A stretch of DNA of 64,000 nucleotides from an uncultured Holophagales bacterium (GCA_963842525.1 CAWJGT010000003.1:672001-736000); one strand, 5' to 3'. Shown: positions 19,168 to 30,639, counted from the first letter of the stretch. Made by a program: numbers and translations. The notes: a model not told the origin generated them from the letters alone.

Positions 19168-19307
19168 ACGGAACAGCAGTGCAACCTCCGTGCCGGAATT
19201 CGGTGGTCCTGGCCTGATCAGAGGGCTTCCCACCTCCACGCTGCACACAGGTGTGGAACCTGAATTGGAATATGGTTCTGCAACGAAAGGGTGTAGCGTA
19301 GCTTCGT

Positions 19308-22300
19308 ATGGCGGTCCGAAGACGGAAGCCCCCCGCGGCTCCACCTCCCAAGACCGAACCGGCGCCGTCTGCCGTGGCTGAAGCTCTTGCGGAGGAAGCC
19401 GGCGCGCCGGCTGCAAGCCCCTCTTTCCCGATCGTCGGCGTCGGCGCCTCGGCCGGCGGGCTCGAGGCCTTCACCCAGATGCTCAGCGCGCTGCCGGTCG
19501 ATACCGGCATGGCCTTCGTCCTGGTGCAGCACCTGGCCCCCAAGCACGCCAGCCTGTTGGCGGAGATCCTGTCCCGGACCACCGCGATGACGGTCACGGA
19601 GGTCCAGGATGAGCCGCGGGTGAAGCCGAACCGCGTCTACGTCATCCCTCCCGACCGCAACATGGTCATCTCGCGGGGGTTCCTGCAACTGCTTCCCCGG
19701 GAGGAAGCCCGCGGCCAGTACCGGCCCATCGATTTCTTCCTCCGCTCCCTGGCGGAGGACCAGGGGCACAGAGCGATCGGCGTGATTCTGTCCGGCACCG
19801 CCACCGACGGCACCCTGGGGTTGGAGGCGATCAAGGCCGAGGGCGGGATCACCTTCGCTCAGGACAACACGGCCCAACAGAGCAGCATGCCGCAAAGCGC
19901 CGTCGCCAGCGGCTGCGTGGACTTCGTGCTCCCCCCGGACGAGATCGCCCAGGAGATCGGGCGCATCGCCCGGCACCCGTACGTGGCCCCGGCGGTGCCA
20001 GACCGGCGCAAGGCGCCGCGCAGGCGAGCCGGACTTCAGCAAGATCTTGGAGATCCTCCGCAAGGTCAAGGGAGTCGATTTCAGCCTCTACAAAGCGAAC
20101 ACCCTCTACCGCCGCATCACCCGCCGCATGGTCCTGCACAAGATGCAGGGGTTGCAGGACTACGCGCGCTTCCTGCGGGAAAACCCCGGGGAGGTGGAAG
20201 CCCTCTACCGGGACATCCTCATCAACGTGACGAGCTTTTTCCGCAACCCGGAGACGTTCGAGGCACTCAAGGCCAGGGTCTTGCCCAAGCTGTTCAAGAA
20301 CCGCTCCGGGCAAGAGCCGTTGCGCGTCTGGGTGCCGGGGTGCTCGACCGGCGAGGAGGCTTACTCCATCGCCATCACCTTCGCCGAGCTCACCGCGGCC
20401 AGGGGCAGCCAGGTCTCGGTCCAGGTCTTCGCCACCGACCTGAACGAAGAGTGCATCGACAAGGCCCGCGCGGGCGTGTACTCGCAGAACATCACGCACG
20501 ACGTCTCGCCGGAGCGCCTGCAGCACTTCTTCGCGGAGGTGGACGGCAGCTACCGCATCAGCAAGCCGATCCGCGACATGTGCGTGTTCGCCCGGCACAA
20601 CCTGCTGACCGACCCGCCCTTCTCCCAGATCGACCTCATCAGTTGCCGCAACCTGCTCATCTATCTGGAGCCGGCGTTGCAACAGAAGCTCGTGCCGCGC
20701 CTGCACTATGCCTTGAAGCCGGCCGGCTTCCTCTTGCTGGGGAGCTCGGAGACGATCGGCTCCTACCGCGCCTTGTTCGAGGCCGAAGACGCCAAGCACA
20801 AGATCTACGCCAGGAAGCAAGGCACGCATCGGGTGACCCTCGGCCAGGCTCCCGGCCTCTACCACGGTCGAAGCGAGCTCGGCCGCGGCCCGGGTCGCTT
20901 GCAGCAAGCCGCGGCCGGGTCCGACGTGCAGACAGAGGCCGACCGCATCCTCTTGGCGAGGTACGTCCCGCCCGGCGTGCTGGTCAACGCCGATCTGGAG
21001 ATCCTGCAGTTCCGTGGGGACACCGGACCGTATCTGGCGCCGGCGCCGGGCAAGGCCAGCCTGAACCTGTTCAGGATGGCGCAGGAGGGGCTGGCGGTCA
21101 CGCTGCGGGCCGCGATCAACAAGGCCAGGAAGGACAACGTCCCGGTCCGCGAGGAGGGAGTGCGGGTCAAGTCCAATGGCGGAACCCGGGAGGTCAACCT
21201 GGAGGTGGTTCCCGTCAAGGGAAGCTCGGCAGGGGAAGGCGGCTTCCTGGTCCTGTTCGAAGAGCCCGCTCCACCACCAACCCCTCTCCCGCGAGGGAAC
21301 CGGGGCAGGGGCAAGGCCCCGAGGCCCCAGACCAGGGCTGCCGCGGGGGAGGAGGCCGCCGAACGAGAGAACGCCCGTTTGGCGCAGGAGCTGGCCGCCA
21401 CGGGCGAATACCTGCAATCGGTGATCGAGCAGCAGGAAGCCGCCAACGAAGAGCTGCAGTCCGCCAATGAGGAGGTGCAGTCGGCCAACGAGGAGCTGCA
21501 GAGCATCAACGAAGAGCTGGAGACCTCCAAGGAGGAGATCCAGTCGAGCAACGAAGAGCTGGCCACGGTCAACGACGAGCTGCAGAACCGCAACCTGGAG
21601 CTGAACCAGCTCAACAACGACCTGATCAACCTCCTCGGCAGCGTCGAGATGGCCATCATCATGTTGGGGCAAGACCTGCGTGTCCGGCGCTTCACACCGA
21701 TGGCGGGAGAGATCTTCAACCTGATCCCCACCGACATCGGCCGGCCGATCAACGACATCAAGCTCAGCCTCAGCATCTCCGATCTGGCGCCGTTGCTGGC
21801 GGAGGTGATCTACACGGTGAGCCCCAGGGAACGCGAGGTCCAGGACAGCCAGGGGCGCTGGTATTCGCTGCGCATCCGGCCGTACAGGACCCTGGAGAAC
21901 ACCATCGAGGGCGCGGTAATCCTGCTCGTCGACGTGGACACGCTCCGGCGCGCTCGTGAATTTGCCGAGAGCATCGTGGCGACGGTCCGCGAGTCCCTGC
22001 TGGTGCTGGATGGCAACCTGCGCGTACAGACCGCCAGCCGGTCGTTCTACCAGACCTTCCAGATCACGCCCGAAGAGACGGATGGCCGTCTCCTCTACGA
22101 TCTCGGCAACGGCCCTTGGAACAACCCGGAGCTGCGCCGGCTCCTGGACGAGGTCCTGCCCCGGGACAACGGCTTCGACGATTTCGAGGTGGGGTACGAG
22201 TTCGAGCACATCGGCTGGAAGACCATGCTGCTCAACGCCCGGCGGCTCTTTCAGGAGAGCGGCCAAAGCTCGTTGACCTTGCTTGCCATGGAAGACATCA

Positions 22301-23535
22301 CCGTGCGCAAACAATTGGAAACGACTCTACGCCAGCGCGTCGAGGAGCTGGCCGCCGCCGACCGCAGCAAGAACGAGTTCCTGGCCCTGCTGGCCCACGA
22401 GCTGCGCAACCCCTTGGCACCCCTGCGCAATGCCGCGCACGTGCTGGAGGCTGCCGGCGCCGACGGCGCCGCGATCGAGCAGGCGCGGAACATGATGAAC
22501 CGGCAGATTCAAAACATGACCCGGTTGATCGAAGACCTGCTCGAGGTGTCCCGCATCACCCGGGGCGAGGTCCGCCTTCGCAGAGAGCGGTTAGAGCTGG
22601 CGACCGTTCTCAGGCAGGTGGTGGAGCTGAGCCGGCACCTCATCGAGGCGCGCGGCCAGGAGCTGTCGCTGTCGCTGCCGCGCGAGCCGGTCTACCTCGA
22701 CGCGGATCCCACCCGGCTGGAACAGGTCTTCGGCAACCTGCTGAACAACGCCTCCAAGTTCACCCCCATGGGTGGCCATTTCTGGGTGACGGCCGAGCTG
22801 GCGAGCGAGGGGCATGAGCCTCCCAGCGAGGTCGTGGTGCGAGTGCGCGACGACGGCATCGGCATGGCTCCGGAAACGCTGCCGCAGGTCTTCGACCTGT
22901 TCGTGCAGGCGGACCGCTCGTACGATCGCGGGCGGGGGGGGCTGGGGATCGGCCTGACGGTGGTGCACCGCCTCGTCGAGCTGCACGGCGGCAGCGTCGA
23001 AGCCCACAGCGCAGGACTTGGACAGGGCAGCGAGCTCGTGGTGCGTCTGCCCGTCTTGCCCCCTGCGGACACGGAGCCGGAGCGGCACGGCGATGCAGGG
23101 GGCAGCACGGTCGCAGGTTCGGCGCTCTCCCCTGTCGCTGCCCCGCCGCGTCGCGTCCTGGTCGTGGACGATAACGTGGATACGGCCGAGAGCCTGGCCC
23201 TCCTCCTGCGCTTGCGGGGACACGAAGTAGAAGTCGCTCACGATGGACCGGCGGCGCTGGAAAAGGCCGGCTCGTTCCATCCCGAGGTCGTCCTGCTCGA
23301 CATCGGCTTGCCCGGGCTGGACGGCTACCAGGTCGCCAGCCGACTGCGCCGGCGGCGCCGGACCGCAAGAGCGCTGCTCGTAGCCTTGACTGGCTATGGG
23401 CAAGAGGAGGACCGGAGCCGCGCACGACAGGCTGGATTCGACGATCACCTGACCAAACCGGTCGACCCTCTGGTCATCTACGAGCTGCTCGCCCGTCCCC
23501 GCGGACGTGAACGGGTACCTCCAGTGAGGTGTTGA
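19308..23535 (+). CDS. CheB methylesterase-CheR methyltransferase-PAS-hybrid histidine kinase fusion; frameshift near 20010
   Basis: IVGVGASAGGLEA, ILSGTATDG (CheB); INVTSFFRN, GCSTGEEAYS, ISCRNLLIY (CheR); EELQSANEE coiled coil; AHELRNPL, NLLNNASKF, GLGIGL; C-terminal REC. Confidence 0.95.
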
Positions 23536-23560
23536 CGCCGGCTCGGACTTGGGCTAGACT
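23532..23560 (+). promoter_or_regulatory. sigma70-type promoter upstream of the nadE leader
   Basis: TTGACG-17 bp-TAGACT; equivalent TTGACG-18 bp-TAGAGT at 18288-18317 before copy 1. Confidence 0.72.
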
Positions 23561-23565
23561 GCCTT

Positions 23566-23662
23566 CAGCCCGGAAGGGACGTGTGGCAGCACGGTTCTTC
23601 ACAAAGACGGGCTACTTCGCGGTGTCAGGAGTGGGGGCCGGTCTCCGGCCCCTTCTCTCTTT
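23566..23662 (+). ncRNA. Candidate structured leader RNA (riboswitch/attenuator) or sRNA upstream of nadE
   Basis: Starts about 6 nt after the -10 box; AGCCCG/CGGGCT stem enclosing GAAGGGA/TTCTTC and CGTG-TGGCAG-CACG with an ACAAAGA bulge; ends in GGGGCCGG-TCT-CCGGCCCC-TTCTCTCTTT. Confidence 0.5.
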
Positions 23663-23978
23663 CTGGCCGAGCCCTTCTCCCTTCACTTGCGGCCCTCTCC
23701 CTGATCCGTCAGGATTCGATCCATGCGGCTGATCCAGATCGCGGTGGGGAGCCCCAATGCCAATGTCGGGGCCGTGCGCTCGAACGTCGACCGGATGCTC
23801 GCGATGGCGCGGGAGATGGCGGCGGCCGGGGTCACGTTGGGGGCCTTCACCGAGCAGTGTGTCGGCGGGTATCCGCCCGAGGACCTGATCCAGTGGCGCG
23901 CCTTCGTGGATGCGCAGGGGCGGGAGCTCGAGCGCTTCGCAGCCGAGACCGCGGCGCTGCCCACGGTCTTCGTGGCCG
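23566..23978 (+). repeat. 413-bp direct repeat, copy 2
   Basis: Matches 18324..18736. Confidence 0.95.
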
Positions 23979-25666
23979 GGGTCGCGGTGGCGGTCGGCGG
24001 GCAGATCTTCAACTGCGCCGCGGTGGTCCACGGCGGGCGGATCGTGGGCATCGTCCCCAAGGAGAAGCTGCCCACCTACAACGTCTTCTACGAGGCGCGG
24101 ACCTTCTCGCGCGGCGTGCCCGGCCTGGCGCTCGATGCCGCTTTTCGAGAGAAGAGCGTGCCGCTCGGCGACTACATTTTCACCTTCGACTTCGGCATCG
24201 TCGGTGTTGAGGTCTGCGAGGACGTCTGGTCCCCGGACGGTCCGATGCGCCGGCGCAGCTACTCCGGGGCGGAGGTGGTGGTCAACGTCTCGTCCTCGCC
24301 CTTCCGCGTCGGGGTGGTGTCGACCCGCCAGGAGATGCTCGCCACGCGCTCGGGCGACAACCAGGTGACGCTGGTCTACGCCAACACCTGCGGCTCCCAG
24401 GACGGCCTGATCTTCGACGGCGGCGGCTACATCTACCAGAACGGCCGCAAGGTCCTCGACGCGCCGCGGTTCCGCGAGGGCTGGGTGGCCTGCGTGGTCG
24501 ACCTCGACCGGACGCTGCGCATGCGGCAGGAGCAGACGACCTGGCGCTCGGACTGCGAGTCCTTCTTCCGCAATGAGATTCCGGTGCCGGTGCTGCGGAG
24601 CGCAGCGCCCACCGGCGACCGCTCGGCGCTGCACTATCCCATCCCGGCCGGAGACAGCTTCTTCCTGCCGCCGGCCGGGGTACCGACCCGGTCGCCGCGC
24701 GAGGAGGTGCTCGACGACCTCATCGAGGCGCTGGCGTTGGGGATCCGCGACTACTACCGCAAGACCGGGGCCTTCCGCTCCCTGGGCGTGGCCCTCTCGG
24801 GCGGCCGCGACTCGATGCTCACGCTCCTCCTCGCCTGGCGGGCGGCGCAGCTCATTCATGAGGGGGAGGGGGAGGAGGAGGCCGACGGAGAGGAGCTGCT
24901 GCGCCGGGCCGGGGCCACGATCACGGCCTTCTACATGCCCACCCGCTATTCGGGGGAGGGGACGCGCGACGCGGCGGCCGTCCTCTGCCGGGAGCTGCGG
25001 GTCGAGCTGCGGATCGTGCCCATCGAAGAGGCGTTCGACCGCGAGGTGGAGGCGGTCGCCCGCATGCTCGCCGGCGGCGAGCCGACGGAGGTCACCCACC
25101 AGAACGTGCAGGCGCGGCTGCGTGCCGCGCGCATGTGGAGCTGGGCGAACTCGGCCGGCGCCCTGTTCCTCCAGACCGGTGACATGAGCGAGAAGGCGGT
25201 GGGGTACACGACCATCGGCGGCGACCTCGAAGGGGCGCTGTCGGTGATCGCCAACGTGCCCAAGACCGTGGTCGTCGCCCTGCTCGAGCGGTTCCACCAG
25301 CGCTGGGGCTTCGAGGGGGTCGCGCGGACGCTGGCCACCACGCCCGGCCCGGAGCTCGCGGCGGCGCAGACGGCCGAGGACGAGCTGATGCCCTTTCCGG
25401 TGCTCGACGCCTGCCTCAATTTCTACGCCGGCGAGAAGCTGGCGCCTGCCGAGGTGGCGCTCGCCTTGCGGTCTGCCTTCCCGGACCACGACCCGCAGCG
25501 CCTCGCCGCCTGGGCGGACCGCTTCGCGACCCTGTTCAGCCGATCGATCTACAAGTGGGTGCAATCGCCCCTGTCCCTGCACGTCGGCTCCCTCGACCTC
25601 GACCGCGAGCGGGCCCTCCAGCTCCCCGTGGTGCAGGACAACGAGTGGAGCCGGGAGCCGGGGTAA
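23723..25666 (+). CDS. nadE: Glutamine-dependent NAD+ synthetase
   Basis: CN-hydrolase domain (PKEKLPTYNVFYEAR, EVCEDVW) plus synthetase domain (ALSGGRDS, NVQARLR, SEKAVGYTTIGGD). Confidence 0.96.
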   Translation: MRLIQIAVGSPNANVGAVRSNVDRMLAMAREMAAAGVTLGAFTEQCVGGYPPEDLIQWRAFVDAQGRELERFAAETAALPTVFVAGVAVAVGGQIFNCAAVVHGGRIVGIVPKEKLPTYNVFYEARTFSRGVPGLALDAAFREKSVPLGDYIFTFDFGIVGVEVCEDVWSPDGPMRRRSYSGAEVVVNVSSSPFRVGVVSTRQEMLATRSGDNQVTLVYANTCGSQDGLIFDGGGYIYQNGRKVLDAPRFREGWVACVVDLDRTLRMRQEQTTWRSDCESFFRNEIPVPVLRSAAPTGDRSALHYPIPAGDSFFLPPAGVPTRSPREEVLDDLIEALALGIRDYYRKTGAFRSLGVALSGGRDSMLTLLLAWRAAQLIHEGEGEEEADGEELLRRAGATITAFYMPTRYSGEGTRDAAAVLCRELRVELRIVPIEEAFDREVEAVARMLAGGEPTEVTHQNVQARLRAARMWSWANSAGALFLQTGDMSEKAVGYTTIGGDLEGALSVIANVPKTVVVALLERFHQRWGFEGVARTLATTPGPELAAAQTAEDELMPFPVLDACLNFYAGEKLAPAEVALALRSAFPDHDPQRLAAWADRFATLFSRSIYKWVQSPLSLHVGSLDLDRERALQLPVVQDNEWSREPG

Positions 25667-25672
25667 GAGGGT

Positions 25673-26914
25673 GTGATCCACGTGGTGGAGACGATCGCGG
25701 TCCTGCTTGTGCTTTGCGTCGCGATCACCATCGCGGTCCGCTTCCATCGCCTTTTGCGCAAAGCCAACGAATCCGCCACCGAGCTGGCGCGGGCAAATGC
25801 CGCCTTGCAGACCGAGGTCCGTGAGAGGACCCGCGCCGAGGAGGAGCGCGACCAGTTTTTCGATCTCTCGATCGACCTGCTGTGCATCGCCAGCGCGGAG
25901 GGCACCTTCAAGCAGCTCAGCCCGGCCTGGGAGAAGGTCTTCGGCTGGACTCTCGAGGAGCTGCGGTCCGGCCCCTACGTCCACTTCGTCCATCCCGCGG
26001 ATGTCGAGGCAACGGTCCGCGAAGCCCAGAAGCTCCGGATGGGAGGGGCGACGACCGATTTCGAGAACCGGTTCCGCACCCGCGACGGCTCCTACCGCTG
26101 GCTCTCCTGGCGGGTCTCGGCTCTCCCGGACCGTCAGCTCCTCTTCGGAGTGGCCCGTGACGTCAGCGAGCAGAAGAAGCTCCAGGAGAGGAAGAACGAC
26201 TTCATCTCCGTGGTCAGTCATGAGATGCGTACGCCCTTGACCTCGATCCGCGGCTCGCTGGGCCTGATCGCGGGCGGCGCCGCCGGCGAGATGCCGGAGC
26301 AGATCCGCGTGCTGGTGGAGATCGCCGCCAGGAACTGCGAGCGGCTGGGGCGGCTGATCGACGACATCCTGGACATCGAGAAGATCGAGTCGGGCCAGAT
26401 GGTCTTCCGTTTCGCTCCGCTGGAGCTGACGCCGGCGGTGGAGCAGGCCGTGGAGAGCAACCATCCCTATGCTGCTCCCTATGGCATCGAGCTGCGCGTC
26501 GTCGAGGCTCTTCCGGGAGCGCGGACCTGGGCCGACCCCGACCGGGTCCAACAGGTGCTCGCGAACCTGCTATCGAACGCGACGAAGTTCTCGCCGCGCG
26601 GCGGCACGGTCGAGGTCGGCGTGGAGAAGCGAGACGGCTTCCTGCGCGTCCGCGTCACAGACCGCGGTCCGGGGGTCCCTCCGGACTTCGAGGCCATCAT
26701 GTTCGAGAAGTTTGCCAAGGCGGACGCGTCTTCGACGCGGCAAAAGGGGGGCACGGGCCTGGGGCTCAGCATCTCGCGGGCCATCGTGGAGCGGCACGGG
26801 GGGCGGATGGGGTTCGAGTCCAGCCCGGGCCAGGGCGCCACGTTCTGGTTCGAGCTGCCCGAGAGGGTGCCGGGGGAGGAGGCACCGTGGAGGGACCGGC
26901 CAATACGGGGATAG
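25673..26914 (+). CDS. PAS-domain sensor histidine kinase
   Basis: N-terminal TM; FVHPAD PAS; SHEMRTPL; NLLSNATKF; GGTGLGL. Confidence 0.93.
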   Translation: MIHVVETIAVLLVLCVAITIAVRFHRLLRKANESATELARANAALQTEVRERTRAEEERDQFFDLSIDLLCIASAEGTFKQLSPAWEKVFGWTLEELRSGPYVHFVHPADVEATVREAQKLRMGGATTDFENRFRTRDGSYRWLSWRVSALPDRQLLFGVARDVSEQKKLQERKNDFISVVSHEMRTPLTSIRGSLGLIAGGAAGEMPEQIRVLVEIAARNCERLGRLIDDILDIEKIESGQMVFRFAPLELTPAVEQAVESNHPYAAPYGIELRVVEALPGARTWADPDRVQQVLANLLSNATKFSPRGGTVEVGVEKRDGFLRVRVTDRGPGVPPDFEAIMFEKFAKADASSTRQKGGTGLGLSISRAIVERHGGRMGFESSPGQGATFWFELPERVPGEEAPWRDRPIRG

Positions 26915-26941
26915 ACTCGGGATAGCGCGCGTGGCGCAGGG

Positions 26942-27670
26942 TCAGCCGCCCAGGTCCTCCGCGGGCTCATCGGCGGCGCGGCGCAACCCGGCCAGCAGCT
27001 CCTCGACGCTGGTTTCGGCCGGCGAGGGCGCGGTCCCCTCGAGCGCCGGCTGAAGGGTTTTCTCCAGACGCCGGGCCGCCACTGTCACAGCGGGGAAGCC
27101 GAACGTCCCACCGGCCCCCGCGAGGGAGTGGGCGAGGCGATGGAGCCGCCGCGGCGCCTCCCCGGCCCAGCCGGCGCGCCGGACCTCCTGCCATACCTCC
27201 TCGATCTCGCAGAGACGCTCCTGGAGGCGGCCGGCGAAGCTCTCCCGAAGGGCGTCGTCCTCCGCCGCGCCGTCCCGGGGGCGCGGAGGCAGGCGTCTCC
27301 AGATCGCGCGGATCTGGTCGGACAGGGCCATCGGGTCGAACGGTTTGGCGATGACGTCCGCGGCCCCGAGCTGGCGGTAGCTCGCGATTTCCTGGGCCTG
27401 GACCCGTGCCGTCATGAAGATCACCGGGACCTCGCGCAACGAGGGGGCCTGCCGCAGTGCGGCGAGCGTGGTGGGCCCGTCCATGCCGGGCATCATCACG
27501 TCCAGGAGGACGAGCTGGGGAGAGAACTCTTCACAGTGGGCGAGGGCCTCGGCGCCCGAGCTGCAGGCCAGCACGCGAAAGCCGCCGACGGCCTCGAGGG
27601 CCGTCTTCGCCACGAGCTGGACGTCGGGGTCGTCCTCCACAAAGAGGATGCGGTTGAAGTCCGATCTCAT
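26942..27670 (-). CDS. Response regulator with C-terminal Hpt domain
   Basis: ILFVEDD, LLDVMMP, IAKPF; AHSLAGAGGTFGF. Confidence 0.92.
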   Translation of the reverse strand: MRSDFNRILFVEDDPDVQLVAKTALEAVGGFRVLACSSGAEALAHCEEFSPQLVLLDVMMPGMDGPTTLAALRQAPSLREVPVIFMTARVQAQEIASYRQLGAADVIAKPFDPMALSDQIRAIWRRLPPRPRDGAAEDDALRESFAGRLQERLCEIEEVWQEVRRAGWAGEAPRRLHRLAHSLAGAGGTFGFPAVTVAARRLEKTLQPALEGTAPSPAETSVEELLAGLRRAADEPAEDLGG

Positions 27671-27715
27671 CTTGTGCCTTTCAGGGACAGCCAGTGTAGG
27701 ATACTGCTGGACACT

Positions 27716-28444
27716 ATGCAGCCCTCGTCATCCGTTCCATCTACCGATGCGACCTGCCGCCGCATCCTGGTGGTCGAGGACGATCTCGACCTGCTGCGCC
27801 TGACGCGCCGCGAGCTCGAAGGCGCCGGCTTCGACGTCTGGCCGGCCCTCTCGGGCGAGGAGGCGCTCGCCACGGTCGAGAAACGGGGCCTGCCTCATCT
27901 CGCCCTCGTCGATATCCTCCTGCCTGGGATGGACGGGCTCTCCCTGTCGCGCAAGCTGTATGAGTACACCGACCTTCCCATCGTCCTGCTCACTTCGGTC
28001 GACGAGGAGGAGACGGTCGTGGAGGCGATCGCGGGATTCGCGGAGGACTATATCCGCAAGCCGTTCCGGCCGCGCGAGGTGGTGGCACGGGTCGAGAGGG
28101 TCCTCCGCCGGATCGGCGACTTCGGCTACGCCCTGCAGCCGGTCATCCGGGTCGACGAACGGCTGTCGGTCGACCTCGGGCACCACTGTGCCCTCATCGA
28201 AGGCAGCGCAGTGCCGCTGACGGCCATGGAGAGCAAGATCCTCCACATCCTGATGCGCGACGCCGGCAAGGCTGTCCCGACCGGCTTCCTCCTCGGCCGC
28301 CTGTGGCCGCGCGAGGAGGTCTTCGAGGACGCGTTGCGTGTCCACGTCCACCGGCTGCGCGCCAAGATCGAGCCGGAGCCCAGCCGCCCCCGCTACGTGG
28401 TCACCGAGCGGGGGACCGGATACCGTTTTCCCCGCCTCCCGTGA
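27716..28444 (+). CDS. OmpR-family response regulator
   Basis: ILVVEDD, LVDILLP, DYIRKPF; winged helix LRVHVHRLRAKIE...TERGTGYRF. Confidence 0.93.
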   Translation: MQPSSSVPSTDATCRRILVVEDDLDLLRLTRRELEGAGFDVWPALSGEEALATVEKRGLPHLALVDILLPGMDGLSLSRKLYEYTDLPIVLLTSVDEEETVVEAIAGFAEDYIRKPFRPREVVARVERVLRRIGDFGYALQPVIRVDERLSVDLGHHCALIEGSAVPLTAMESKILHILMRDAGKAVPTGFLLGRLWPREEVFEDALRVHVHRLRAKIEPEPSRPRYVVTERGTGYRFPRLP

Positions 28445-30418
28445 GAGCGCGCCTCTTCCGGTTCCGGCCGACGCTCCTGACCCGGGTCGCCCTGGGTCTG
28501 GCCGCGGTCGGGCTGCTCCCGCTCCTGGTGTCGTGGGTCGGCCTGCCCAAGGTCTCTCGCGACGCCATGTACGAGCAGGTGCTGCGGACGCACATCGTGG
28601 CCGCGCGGACCACGGCGGAGCGCATCGACGCCTTCCTGGCCACCCGCGAGTCGCTGGCGCGCGGCACGGCGGAGAACCCGGCGCTCGCCGCGGCGCCTGC
28701 CGGGCCGGCGGCCCAGGAGCTCCTGCGCAGCGGCCTTCAGGCCTGGGCCGGCCTGGGCGTCCTGGCGATTGCCGTACGCGACGCGCGCGGGGCCGAGGTG
28801 GTGCGCGCCCAGCTCGTAGGCGCCGAGGTCCGGCCGCGGATCGAGGCGGCCCTGCGGGTCCGGGGCGGCGGACGGGTGGCGGCGGCCGGCGGCGAGCCGC
28901 CCGTCCTGCGTGTCGCGGCTCCGCTGCCGGGCGGCGCCGGCTCCGTGGCCCTGGTCTGCGACGGCGGGATGCTGTGGGACTCCCTGCGTCCCGTGGAAAT
29001 CGAGGACGCCGATCTCGTGGTGGCCGACTCCGGGCGGCCGGCGGATCGCGGGGTCGCTCCCTTCGCTCGCGGACCTCCCGCCGGAGCTGGTCCGGATGGC
29101 CCTGACGGGCAAGATCGCGGGGGCGGCGCGCTTTTCCCGTCGCTCCCAGGGAGACGAGCAGGTTCTCGGCGCCTTCGCCCCCGTGCCGGGCACCGGCTGG
29201 GCCGTGATCTCCGTCCAGCCCACGCGGGTCGCCGAGGCGGTCGCGGGCCGCATGCGGCAACAGGCTCTCCTCGCCGTGGGCGTGGCGGCGGCGCTCGTCC
29301 TGGGCCTCTCGGTCGCGGCCTGGGGCTCGGTCGTCCGGCCGATCCGTCGGCTCGCGGCCGTGCCGTCAGCCCTCGCCGGCCCCGGGTCCCGGCAAGGGAC
29401 CGGCGACGAGATCGAGGATCTGCGACGGACCTTCGCGGCCCTGCAACGAGGTCTGACCGAGAAGCGTGCGCTCGAAGGAGTGCTCCTGGGCCGCTACCAG
29501 GTCGTCGAGCCGCTGGGCACCGGCGCCATGGGCACCGTGTTCCGGGGCTGGGACCCCCGGCTCCAAAGGCCGGTGGCCCTGAAGACCATCCGCCTGAGCG
29601 GCGAGCTGACGCCGGAAAAGCGCCGGGACCTGATCGACGCGCTGACCCGCGAGGCGGTCACCGTGGCGCGGCTGAATCATCCGAACGTGGTGGCCGTCTA
29701 CGACCTGGAGGACGCACCCGAGGGGGCCTTCATCGCCATGGAGCTCGTGGAGGGCTCCAACCTGGAGCGGCTCCTCTGGAAGCGCTGGCGGCTGACACCC
29801 GGGGAGGCCGTGCCTCTCGCTGCGGCGATCGCGCGGGGCCTCGCCGCTGCGCACGAGAAGGGGATCGTCCACCGCGACGTCAAGCCCGCCAACGTGCTGC
29901 TCGGCCGCGACGGCAGCATCAAGGTCACCGACTTCGGGATCGCGGGCGCCGTCGCGGCCATCGCGCCGGACTCCGAGGCGGTCTTCGGCACTCCCGGTTA
30001 CATCCCACCGGAGAGCTTGCAGGGGGGCGGCCACGGCAAGGCCGGAGACCTCTTCGCGCTCGGGGCGCTGATGTTCACCTGCCTGGCCGGCCGCCAGCCG
30101 TTCGACGCCGACCGGGCCGAGGACGTGCTCTGGGCCACCCTCTTCGGGCCGATGCCGCGGCTCCGCAAGGAGGTGCCCGACCTGATCGCGCCCGTGGAAT
30201 CGCTCGTCGAGGCCCTCCTGGAGCGGGACCCCGCCCTGCGCCCCGCGAGCGCCGCCGCGGTCGCCGCCGAGCTCGAGCGGATCGCCGTCGAGCACGGGCT
30301 CCGTTGGACGCTCGACGAAAGCGCCGGCGAGGAGGCAGGCACGCACGGCGCCGGAGCGCTCCCGGCACAGTGGGTGCACACCGGCCGCACCCGGACGAAC
30401 GCCCCGGCCGCGCCGTAG
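28441..30418 (+). CDS. Membrane Ser/Thr kinase with extracytoplasmic Cache-like domain; frameshift near 29035
   Basis: Two TM segments; LGTGAMG, VALK, HRDVKPAN, DFG, GTPGY; GTG start overlaps the upstream TGA. Confidence 0.9.
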
Positions 30419-30639
30419 GACCTGGAGGCCCTGAGTCGAGAAATGCAAAGTTCAACTCTGCATTTTCCTCTCCTGCCAAATCCACCTATCTCCCTTGGAT
30501 TGTGTGCCTTACGCCCGTCTCGGCGCTTTCCTCCGTTTTGAGGGCTTGCGTTCCCGGGGACAAGCTGCTCTCCGCGACCGCCGGGGTCATGACGACCTCG
30601 ACGAACGAGCCAAGACCGGCTCAGAAAGAGGAGAGCAAC

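Noticed and set aside
19254-19269. sigma54 promoter for the CheBR gene (TGGAACCTGAATTGGA)
   Set aside because: Has GG rather than the required GC at -12.
23566-23600. SRP RNA (CAGCCCGGAAGGG resembles the helix-8 GGAA loop)
   Set aside because: Lacks the CAGG...AGCAG symmetric loop and the long flanking helix, and the motif lies at the very 5' end of the predicted transcript.
23566-23662. Known NAD+-I (nadA) or guanidine-III riboswitch
   Set aside because: Conserved nucleotides, as I recall them, are not matched; kept only as an unclassified candidate pending an Rfam search.
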